Shown: positions 53,881 to 64,000 of the stretch, in pieces
Numbering within the stretch: the stretch's first letter is position 1
Layout: every line of letters begins with the position of its first letter
Origin: Lama guanicoe
Lineage: Eukaryota
Reading direction: 5' to 3'
Assembly (NCBI GenBank): GCA_013239625.1
Contig: MU053487.1
Span: 1,881,058-1,945,057, forward strand
DNA length: 64,000 bases
Position numbers and translations under genes: made by a program
Notes under the pieces: generated by a model
The model's input: only the letters and a program-made list of their open reading frames with translations
Told to the model about the DNA's origin: nothing
Database searches by the model: none

Positions 53881-56379
53881 CTGAAGTTGGTTTCTAATCG
53901 GACCAAGCAAGTGAACACAAAGTTGTGTGCAGTTACACTTGAGCATGCCACCTCCTATACTGTTTGCTCAGAGTTTATTTAGAGGTGTTCCTGCTTTTAG
54001 AAAGTCAGGACAAACCACATTCTCCAAGTGGAGAGCAAACTAATTCCACTCAAGTGATGAATCGTCAAATTCTTCTCCTTCTGGTTCGTTCACTGTAAGA
54101 CGGTCTTTCTCTACTAGAGGCCTGACCTTTTTCCAGCAAGCTTTATTGTGCCACTCCCATGTCCTGTAATCGTATTTGTGCCTTTGCTCATGTTTCGTCA
54201 TCTGTTTGGAGGACAGTTGTTTCAGAAACTCCATTTTGTTGTTCTGTGAGTTACCTCTAAAATCCTCTCTGTCCTCTTGTGCTTCATGTTTCATTTCCAT
54301 GAGAATGGAAATACACTTAGACTTGGGCACTTCTGTCTTGTTTCTCAGAGTCCGTTTACAGATGGTCCACTTTTTACATATTCTAACATTTGAGAAATCA
54401 ATTTTTCTAATAGATGTAGTAGAGAGCAATTCCAGTTCCAAGTAAAAGACAATTAACTTTTGAAAATGGTTCCCTTTCTCCTCTATTTGAAGTAATCTAA
54501 GTTTTTAAACCTCTTAATACTGTTTATATATATATGGTGGTTTATGGCTTTTTCAAAAATCTGAGCTGCACAGTAATCCTGTGAGAAACATATATGGCCT
54601 TTACCGTGTAGAGGTAACATTCTTCTATACCTACTGTGTTGGGAAACATTGGACTTTTTAAAGTATATCTTTTATTTGTTAATTCCCAATAAATGTTAAT
54701 GGTTTAAGTTTTACCTTTTTATCTTCATATATTTTATTGCTTTATTTCTTTACTGCTTCATAAGTAATCTGTGTTTACTTCTGTGGAACCCTCTTTATTA
54801 TATCATTTATTTCATGGTAGAGCTTCTACTACCAAGTCAATTAAAAGTGGTTAATTTTACTGGATATTCTAAGCCTGCTCATATTTAAATAAATAGGTAG
54901 ATATTTCCTACTTCTGTCACACCAGACACCCAGATTTCAGTATCTTAATATAATTTTGTACTAAAGGGACCAGGGCTTCTTGGCAAAATGGCCAGTTCAG
55001 GAGCTAGGCCAGGAAACATGACATGAGCCTGGGGCATCTCATGACTCCAGTTGATGGATTCAGTTCCCCTGACAGGTAATAGCTGCTGTTACTGAGCACT
55101 TTGTATTTGCCAGAAGCTGTACTAAGTCATTTATATGTGTTACGTCAATTCTGTACCACGATACTATGACATACATATCTTTCATTCCAATCTTTGGGTA
55201 TAAAACGAAAGCTCACATAAATAAAGTAACTTTCCAACATCACACGGTTAATATACTGAGGAGCCCAGGATTCAAGTACTGGCCCGTGCTTTTAGTCAGT
55301 AGAACATTCACAATTTATCGTGGTTTTCTCTTGGATGCAGTGTTTATCCACAGTACCTCTGTGGCACTCATAGTCTTTAATTTCCCTCTACTTCATTTAT
55401 AAATTATGTAATTTACTAAGTATAACTACATAACATAGTTACATAAACATATGATTTATACACACATGTGAATATAGTATGTATCACACTTATGATGCTA
55501 TATATGATACTAGTTCTGTGTCTCTAGTTGAACCTGACTGATGTATGTACCCGCAAGTTCCCTGGACCCCTTTCTTTCCATCTTACTGTCATAGTGAAAT
55601 GAAAACTCACCAACACTCAACCTTATGACTAAATAAATCTAGAGTCTGAAGAGAAGGATACATAATAGGTGAGAGTTAACAAATAATAAAAGGATGCAGA
55701 TATTGGGACCTATGTGTACTTTCCAAACAAAACTCACCCATTAAGCGTCTCTTTATATTAGAGAAATTAAAGTTACCTCAAGCCAGAATTATGGGTGATT
55801 ATATAACTTAAACTTATATGGCTTAAGAATGTTTAGAATAAAAAAATAAAAATATTTAGGATTCACTAAATTATTCTGAAACAATGGAAGTGTACTTTGT
55901 TTATTCTCTCTGTCACCTTCCCAGAGATTTAGCTATTAGGCTCTAAGAGAACCTTAACTAATATTTAGCTTTCTACAGTCAGTATTTAGAAGGTAAAATA
56001 AACTAAAAATAATCTATCCAGAGAATCTGCATTTCTCTTTGATGAATGGGAAGTTTCATCAGTCTTAATCAAGATGCTATAATTATTCATGCTAATGTCT
56101 GAATAACTGATAATAGGATTTGCATAAAGCCAAATAAATGAATCTCTAAAGAGAGAATATCAGAAATCAGCAACTAAGTCAATGCCTAGCTGGGTGAATA
56201 ATGTGTAAAAGTTCCGTGGGCAGTAGAGCGGAGCTACACCCAGGAACCAGTTATGAGTCTGGTGAAAGTGAAGGTAGATTACGGTTATGTGAGACATCTG
56301 TGTTCAAAGCCCTAGGCGCCTTCTCTGTTGACAACCCTTCTGTCTCTTCTTCTACCCTGATTCATGGTGAATGGATGTT

Positions 56380-59010
56380 ACTGAGTATGCCTGGATTATT
56401 TGGAAGTATACTATTTAGTGTCTAAATATGGGGGTTTTATGGATATCTTTCTGTTGTCGCTTCCTAACTTAATTCCATTTTATGTTTGAGTTATTTTAAA
56501 TTTATTAATACTTACTTTATGGTCCTGAATATGTTTAAATTGGTAAATGTTTTATGTGTACTTGAAAAGAATGTATATTATGTTGGTGTTGGCGAAAGCA
56601 TTCTATAATTGTCATTTAGTTCACATTGGTTAATAGTTTTCAAGTTTTCTGTATGCTTACTGATTTTCCATTTACCTATTTTAGATTTCTTATATATAAA
56701 ACCAAAAGCAAAAGTGATAAAAGAAAAAGAAAACAGATTCATCCAAAAAAAAAGTTACTGAGTCCGTAAAAGGATTCAAACCCTCTCTCTCCAGTTTCAA
56801 AATCGGTACTGTTGTCCCCGCCAGTATGCAATGAAATTTTCATTATTAAAAAAAAAGTGAATGGCATTAGGTAAAATAAAATTTACTTACTTTTATGCCT
56901 CTTATTTATCCACAAAGGATAAAAAAATTTCATATGATTTTATATGAAACGTCTGCATTTCATATGTAGCCACCCCTGCTCCTCAGAATTTTTTTCTTTA
57001 GGTTGTGATAAAAAATTCATGAATTATTTTATTTTAGCTAATTTCAAATGGTTAACATACTTTATCTTATTAAAAAAATAAAATATACAGAAAAATGCAT
57101 AAAGTGAATATGTAAGTTGAGTAAATGGTGGCAAAGCAAAAAATTCATGTAACTGCCACTCAAGTCAAGAAAGAGTGTTATTGGTATCAGAGATCTCTGC
57201 CTGTGCCTCATTACTTGATACTTATCCCCCAGAGATGATTATAATTGTGAATTATACCACTTACTTACTTGCTTCTTAAAGATATTTCTACTGCCTTCGT
57301 TTGGATCCATAAACAATATACTTCCATTTTGCTTGTGTTTAAAATTTACATAAATGGAATCATATTACTTATATTTTCTTGTAGCATATTTTGTTTTCCT
57401 GGTCAGCATTATGAATGCAAGCTGCGTTAATGCCATTGCATCAAAACACCAATTTATTTCCACCATTATAGACAATTTCATTTCATAAATACGTCACAAC
57501 TAATTGATCCATTATACTTGTTGATGGATATTTGGGTTGTTTCCAGTTTTTTCTCTATTTCAAATGAAACTGTTATGAACATTTTTGTATGTGTATTTTG
57601 GCGAACATTTGGTGCAGATTTCTGTGAGTTATCTGTCTGATGGTGGAACTGTCGGGTGATAGAGCGTTACATAGGTAGACACCACCAAACACACGTCCAG
57701 AGTAGAGGGCGAATTTCTGTTGTTACTTCTAGTTGCTCCATATTCTTAACAATACTTAGTATCTTCACTTTTTGTTCATTTTAGGTGTTCAGGGGGTATG
57801 TAGTGGTATTCCATGGTGATTTTTTTTCCTGACTACAAATACAGTTGGGCACACTTTATTTATTTCTTGGCATTTAGACTTTGTCTTTGTTGAAATGCCT
57901 CTTAAAGACATTGACCTCTTCTGCTTTGTGGCCTGGCTTTTCCTCGTCGATCTGTAGATGTTCTTTACGTAGTCTGGACGCTAGTCCTTTCTCAGTTATG
58001 TGTGGCAAACACCTCCCATCCTGTGCCTTGTCTTTTCAATCTTTTCATTGCATCTTTAGAAAAATAGCTTTCAAGTGTTCTGTAGTTAAATTTATCATTT
58101 TTCACTCATGATTAGAGCTTTCAGCATTTTCTTAAAAAGCCCTACTACATCTCAATGCCACAAAGACTTTTTTCTGTATTCTTTTGTAAAAGCCTTTCAG
58201 ATATGTGTCTTCCATTAACCTGGAATTGATTTTCATGTATAGAGTAAAATAGGGAGTCCAAAATCTAAAGAGAATCAAGACCATTATCATCCTGTTAGAA
58301 AATAAAAAGATGTTAAAATGTAAGCACCATTTATTCACCTCCCAACTCATGTTTTTTTCTAATAATTTTTGTCTACTCTTATGATCCCCCTCAACATCAG
58401 TATTACTACTCTATATATTTTATGTTCATTTACATTTGCCCAGATATTTGCCACTTTCTCTGCTTCTAATTCTTTTTGATTTTTCAGACTTTATATCTGT
58501 GTTCATTTTTTGTCTACTTAAGCTGCATCCTTTAGAATTTCCTTTCATGACAATATTCTAGGGACAAATTCCCTTGATCTTTGTTTATTGTATGGATTTA
58601 TGTTTGACTGCATTCAAACAGTATATTTTCTCTGAGTATAGAATTCTAGTTTTCACTTATTTTGTTTCAGCATTTTGGGGATACCTGTCCTGTGACTTCT
58701 GATTTTTGTAGCTACTGTTGAGACTCATTCAGCCAGTCCTTCGTCTGAAGACAGTCTGTCCAAGTTCTCTGCCTGCTATCAGTATATTCTCTTTGTTTTG
58801 TTTTGTTTTGTTTTGTTTTACCATTTCAATGACATGTAACTAGGTATGGATTTCTTTTTTATTATACTTGGGTTTTGTTGTCTTTCAACAATTTGGAAAA
58901 TCCTCAGCTATTCTTTCTGCAAATTTTGCCTTTTCTCTTTTCTCATTTTCATCTACATTTAGATTGCCAATAAAATGTCTGTTAGACACACTCATGGAAT
59001 TTTTATTTTT
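56380..59010 (-). mobile_element. Cluster of old antisense L1 (L1M/L1ME/HAL1-like) fragments
   Basis: tgtgtacttgaaaagaatgtat, gatggatatttgggttgtttccagttt; ORF1-like EKREKAKFAERIAEDFPN at ~58890-58950. Confidence 0.7.
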
Positions 59011-59319
59011 CACACCCTCATTTGTATTTTTACTTTTTGCTTCTCCCATGATACAATCTACATAACTTTTTTTCTTTTTTTCCTGCCATCTCTTTCCATA
59101 GGCACAGCAAGACACTTCACTTTATTTTTTTTTCACCTAAAATTTTTTGACACCTTTATTGTGGGATGGTTCCTGTACAGTAAACTACACATATTTCAGA
59201 TGTGCAATTTGGTGGATTTTGATAGATGCATAGATCAATGTGTATGCCAATGAAACCACTACCACAATCACAATAGCTAACATTTCCATCACTCCCCAAG
59301 AGGTGCAATTTCTGAACTC

Positions 59320-59566
59320 CCAATTTATCATTTTCCACCCCCTTTACCGCTAGTAACCGTAAGTTTGTTCTCTATATCTCTGAGTCTGTTTTGTAGATAA
59401 GTTCATTCATTTCCTTTTTTTCAGATTCCACATATGGTGAATATCATATGGCATTTTTCTTTCTCTTTCTGGCTTACTTCACTTAGATTGATAATCTCCA
59501 GGTCCATCCATCCATGTTGCTGCAAATGGCAGTATTTTTTCTTTTTTATGGCTGAGTAGTATTCCT

Positions 59567-59618
<52 letters not shown>

Positions 59619-59660
59619 ACCAACCAAATCTTATTTATCCAGTTATCTGTCAGTGAACAT
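59320..59660 (-). mobile_element. Younger LINE-1 3' end fragment
   Basis: Peptide EYYSAIKK...WMDLEIINLSEVSQKEKEK on the minus strand. Confidence 0.85.
59571..59616. repeat. (GT)23 microsatellite
   Basis: Perfect GT run inside the L1. Confidence 0.95.
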
Positions 59661-60806
59661 TGAGATATTTCCCTTTTTATTATTTCTAGTGTTGTCTACT
59701 TGGATAAGCTCTGTCATTTAGTTAACAGTATTGTATAAAAGTTAATTTCCTGATTTTAATGGTTGTACTCTGATTATGAAAGATGTTAACTGTTAGGGGA
59801 AGCTGAGTGGAGATATATGGGGAGTTTCAGTTCCATTCCTGCAACTTTTCTGTAAGTCAAAAATTAGTTCAAAATAAGTTTTTTTATAAGCAATATATCA
59901 GAAAGGATAGTAATTTGGCATATGTGATTAATGTTCTTCTAAAAATGATAAAAATGTACTGACCTAAAGAAGACAGTGGGTGCTCATTAGAAGTGTGAAA
60001 TTCTTATTAATAATTCAATTCCATATGCAGAAACCATGCCCGCAATAGGAAATGGGGACATAGACCAGTTATAGCATTCAAAAAATTCTATAATGAAAAA
60101 GCAAATGACTAAGACCAGAAATCTCTTTTTCACACTTTCCTAGGAAACGTAGAACCCAGGAGCTTCAGTCCCTGCAGTTTCTTCTCTTTATCATGTTTCC
60201 CCCACTTCTTTTTTTTTTCCTTTTATTAAGCTATGAAATATCGTTCAATTGAAATTATCGTGAATAACATTTTTTCCTAGTGCCAGTTAGGCCTCCTGTA
60301 CAAAAATATTCCCTTGCAAAATGCCAGATGAGCATAATCAAATTTCCCACTGAATCACTGCAGCGCAGAAAGGATGTGCCCTCTCTCCTGTCACACGCAG
60401 CCGTCCATCCCCTCTCTTGTTTCCTTTCTTGTGCTGTCATTTCTTTGGCTTTTGCTAATTCTGCCTAAACTCAGAGCAGAGTAGAGGACAGAAATAGTTG
60501 TTGGTACAGCTCAAAGACCAGCGCAGGTGAAGCATTCCTGACCTGTTTCCTGAACAACGCAGTCCGTGAACCTTAAAGTCAGGCCCCAGACTTTGTCCTC
60601 CTCCATCTACCTACTCTGTTGGGAGCTTTTAATTAGTGCCAGCCCTCACCTACCTGCGGCGTGGCTCACGCTGTCTCCAGTGGCATGTTTGCAGGTGCAG
60701 AAGAGGGATATGGGGAGCTTAGCAGAAGCCTGAGGTCTGAGATTAGCGTCTGATTTAAGAAAGTGAGTACATCTCACCCGTTCATACACAGAGTCTGTGC
60801 ACAGGG

Positions 60807-60838
60807 ATGCGCGCGCGCGCGCACGCACACACGCATGC
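60807..60838. repeat. Alternating purine-pyrimidine tract with (GC)7
   Basis: atgcgcgcgcgcgcgcacgcacacacgcatgc. Confidence 0.9.
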
Positions 60839-62229
60839 TGGACCAGAGTGGCTTCCAGAGGGCTAACTTCCTTTCCAGAAGCCTCCGTTTCAGGCTTCAG
60901 CTGAAAGCTGTGGCCCTGTAACACAGTGCGGATCTGGACCTCCTTTTGTCCCCTAAGGAGCATCCCACCTGCTCTGTAGACACTCAGGAGCCTGGCGCAG
61001 TCTGCCTCTCCTGCCTTATTGCCAGCGCTCTGAGCCATCTGAGAACCTGCTCATTCCTCTTAATCAGAAGCAATGACTTTCAAAAGAGTCTGATGGCACC
61101 AATTGATGAACTAAGTCAAGAGGGAGAAGCTCATCACGAAGGATGTGCCTTGTGCCTGTGTATTTATAGAAAGCTCCGCAGACAGGGAGAATACATTAAC
61201 ATTATTAAGCTAAATCTACCCCGGGATTCTCAGTTCTTGTTAGCAGCAAATTCTCCCTTCACTGATCTCTGTATTATTTTATAACAATCCATGCTGTATA
61301 CATTTTAGTTTAAATTGTGCCCTGAAAGAGAATGTTTTCTCATCTTTCTTTCTCCTCTGAAAAATCTCGTTCTAGATTTCCATAGTAAGTTATGAGAGGA
61401 GGAAAGAAAATTACAAACAACTTAATGTGGGGACAGGGCCAGAGAAAAAGAGAAAGGTGCACCCGTTTCCTACGTAACGGGTTTTGTAACGTTTGAAAAT
61501 GCTACCTTGCAAAGGGCTGTTATAGGAACACAATTTAACAACTATAATATGACAAGAAAGATGCAGACAAGGAAATAGAGACTAAAAACATTGTCAGTTA
61601 TCTAAGACCACACAGAGAATAACTAGTAACTAACAGCAGAACCCAGACCCACCTCCCCATTCCCACTCCTGAGTGCGATCTTCGTCTTGAATAATAGCAA
61701 ATTAGTTGTCTTTCAGTTCTCATTTCTCAAATATGAGACCTCTGGCACAAAAAGTTCCCAGTATAATCAAGTACTCATCCTGTGCTTAAATTTCCATAAT
61801 TCCTAATTAATTAATTAGAACAGTTTGCTTGCCTGAGTCACGACTGCATTGTGATTGGTTGATACGGTTCCAGTGTCTTTAATTTGCAGATTCCTCTTGC
61901 ATCTTTTTTTTATTCTTTTCAATGTATTTATTGAAGAGACCAGTTTGATACCCTATAGAATATACCACAGTCAGGATTTTGCTGATTGTACCACTGTGGT
62001 GGTCGTGTAATACTTGACTTGTCAATTTTGCTTAAATTTAGAATTTTCATTAGAATTGGATTTGTCTTTTTTTTCCCCCTTACAGAGCTGCTTTATTGGT
62101 GATTTTATGCATTTTCATTCGGAGATTTTAGCAGTCCTTTTTCTAGGATCCCTTATGCATTATGGATTACTAAATGTTGATACTCCGTATTTCTGTCATT
62201 CTGTCTTCATTTATTAGCTGGATCACTTC

Positions 62230-62730
62230 TGATGTGCATCAGGACACGCTACCCCAAAATAGGGCAGCGCCTTGGCAGATTGAAGTTGTCACCTTGACAC
62301 ACTTGAGTTGAAAAGAGATGGCAGAAGCAGGAGGGTCACTCTGACCTTCAACTACCCTTTGTCTTCTGAAACAGGTCATAAGATCCTCATGTGAAATGTG
62401 CCCTTCTTACACCCAGGAGAAATGAGCATCCTTCTGTCTGAGGACAAAGGGTTGCCCAGAAGAGTCCTAACAAACAGGACTTGCTACACTTACCTCATAT
62501 TCTGTCACTTATCATATTTCTGCACAACTGTTCACGCCTCAAACCCAGCATGAAAATACTCCAGTCTGATTCTTCAGTTCTTCATTTCATCATCAAGGCT
62601 GCATGACACATAAAAGTTATACTAAACAAACGTGGATGCTTTCCTCTTGTTCATCTGTCTTTGTCAGTTGAATTTTTCAGACTCAGCCCAGGACCCTTAG
62701 AGGGCCCAGGAATACTTTTCCTTCCTTACA
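62230..62730 (+). mobile_element. Solo ERV1 LTR, MER34/MER39-like, inserted in an old L1MC/MD 3' end
   Basis: TG...CA termini; 4-bp TSD CTTC (62226-62229 and 62731-62734); 5' phrase ctaccccaaaata; 501 bp. Confidence 0.8.
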
Positions 62731-63361
62731 CTTCTTAAAGGAGAACTTGCCCTCATTAACCTAGTGACCTAGAGGTATAGTTCGTAAAGAAGAGACAGAA
62801 GAAATGTTGGTTCTTTCCCTTTATTTATGAATTTTTCATATAAAGTTTCCTAGCAACTTCTAAAATTGGCCAGTGGTTTTTTATGTTTGAAATATCATTA
62901 CGAACTCATGAATTTAAAAATATTGGATCGGTTTCAATTCCTTGTAGTCGTAATTCTTATTACCCATTCTTGGCCAGTCGGAGCCTGTTCACTGTGATTT
63001 TGAGACCTCTCCTCTTGAGAGTCTCTGAGAGCTTCCTTGCCTCCTAGTATGAAAAGATGTCCAGAACTTATCTTGTATGTTTCTCGCCCCAAAGCCAGAG
63101 TCAGCCAGGCTTGCACATTGCTTGGGTGTCCAGGGTGAATTTATGCCTCAGGAAGGTCAGTCACAACAGAGAGATCAAGTGTGAGGTGCACACACAGTCA
63201 CAGATTTCCGTGGGTTCTCCTCCAGTGAGAAAATGGAAATTCCTGGTGAGGGGTTAAGAGTCTCCTTAGATCCTCCTGTGGTCCTCCTGCAGCACCTTGA
63301 GAACCTAGGTCATGGTATTTGTAGGCATAAGTATCAACAGGCAGGTGGGCAGAGTAGAAAC

Positions 63362-63693
63362 AGCTAGAAAACCCATCACTGAGGACTCACAGCCCATGTC
63401 TGCTGTGTTTTTAATCTATTAATATGCTCAGAATGGCTGTGGACCAAAGTGGGTGATAGCTAGAAAACCCATCACTGAGGACTCACAGCCCATGCCTGCA
63501 ACTTCACCCCGTTTGCTTCCCATTCCCACTGCCCTTGCTAGAAAGCGTCTGCCCCCTGACCCAGCGCAGACGCAATATTCCAGAAAAGTATTTCCGTCCA
63601 GGAGCCTCCAACATTTCTACCTCTCCCATAACTCTGTTTTTAATCTATTAATATGCTCAGAATGGCTGTGGACCAAAGTGGGTGATAGCTAGA
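63362..63693. repeat. Local complex duplication A-B-A-C-B
   Basis: A (42 bp) at 63362-63403 and 63458-63499 with 1 mismatch; B (59 bp) at 63406-63464 and 63635-63693, identical. Confidence 0.92.
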
Positions 63694-64000
63694 GTAAGAC
63701 AGAACTGTTGATGTTCCAGAGAAGGTGCTGGAGGCATGAACCTTGAATAAGAGAAAGCTGATAAGGTGACTCCTCCATCACACCCCTCTGCAGCTGCTGC
63801 CATAATTTCCAGCACAATAAAGTGTGAACTTTGGTATAAAATCCAACAAGTTTTGAACACATGCCAACTCTCTATGAAACAAATTTTGAACAGAAATAGG
63901 AGCCATCCTTCCATAAGACAGGGCTAGAGGGCTGAGTATAGAATCCCAAAGAGTCATATTAGGGCCAAATGACTCATTTCTGTTAAAGGTATATGGTATT

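Overview
This is mammalian, AT-rich and repeat-dense genomic DNA. It is most likely camelid (camel, alpaca or vicuna), judged from four copies of a tRNA-Ala-like SINE resembling the camelid Vic-1 family and from cetartiodactyl-type L1 3' ends. I recognise no protein-coding gene. The ORF-track peptides I can identify are decayed LINE-1 ORF1/ORF2 fragments, and the rest look like chance ORFs. The window is largely L1 of several ages, plus MIR, L2, MaLR/ERV1 LTRs and DNA-transposon fossils (MER44, MER58B, MER5A). The most unusual part is 46.8-47.9 kb. A ~360-bp GC/CpG-rich, poly(T)-flanked cassette sits inside the 3' UTR of a TSD-flanked antisense L1 and carries 4x22-bp tandem repeats, a 13-bp inverted repeat and GC-box, E-box and ETS motifs. 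Candidate spliced exons point away from it on both strands, and the orientation of larger L1s tends to flip across it. Together this suggests a young, TE-embedded bidirectional promoter for non-coding transcripts; this is inference and unverified. Secondary findings are two internally deleted L1s, repeated insertion at one target site and a microhomology-templated A-B-A-C-B duplication near 63.4-63.7 kb. Repeat family names come from recalled consensus sequences and need RepeatMasker/Dfam confirmation; boundaries of old repeats are approximate.
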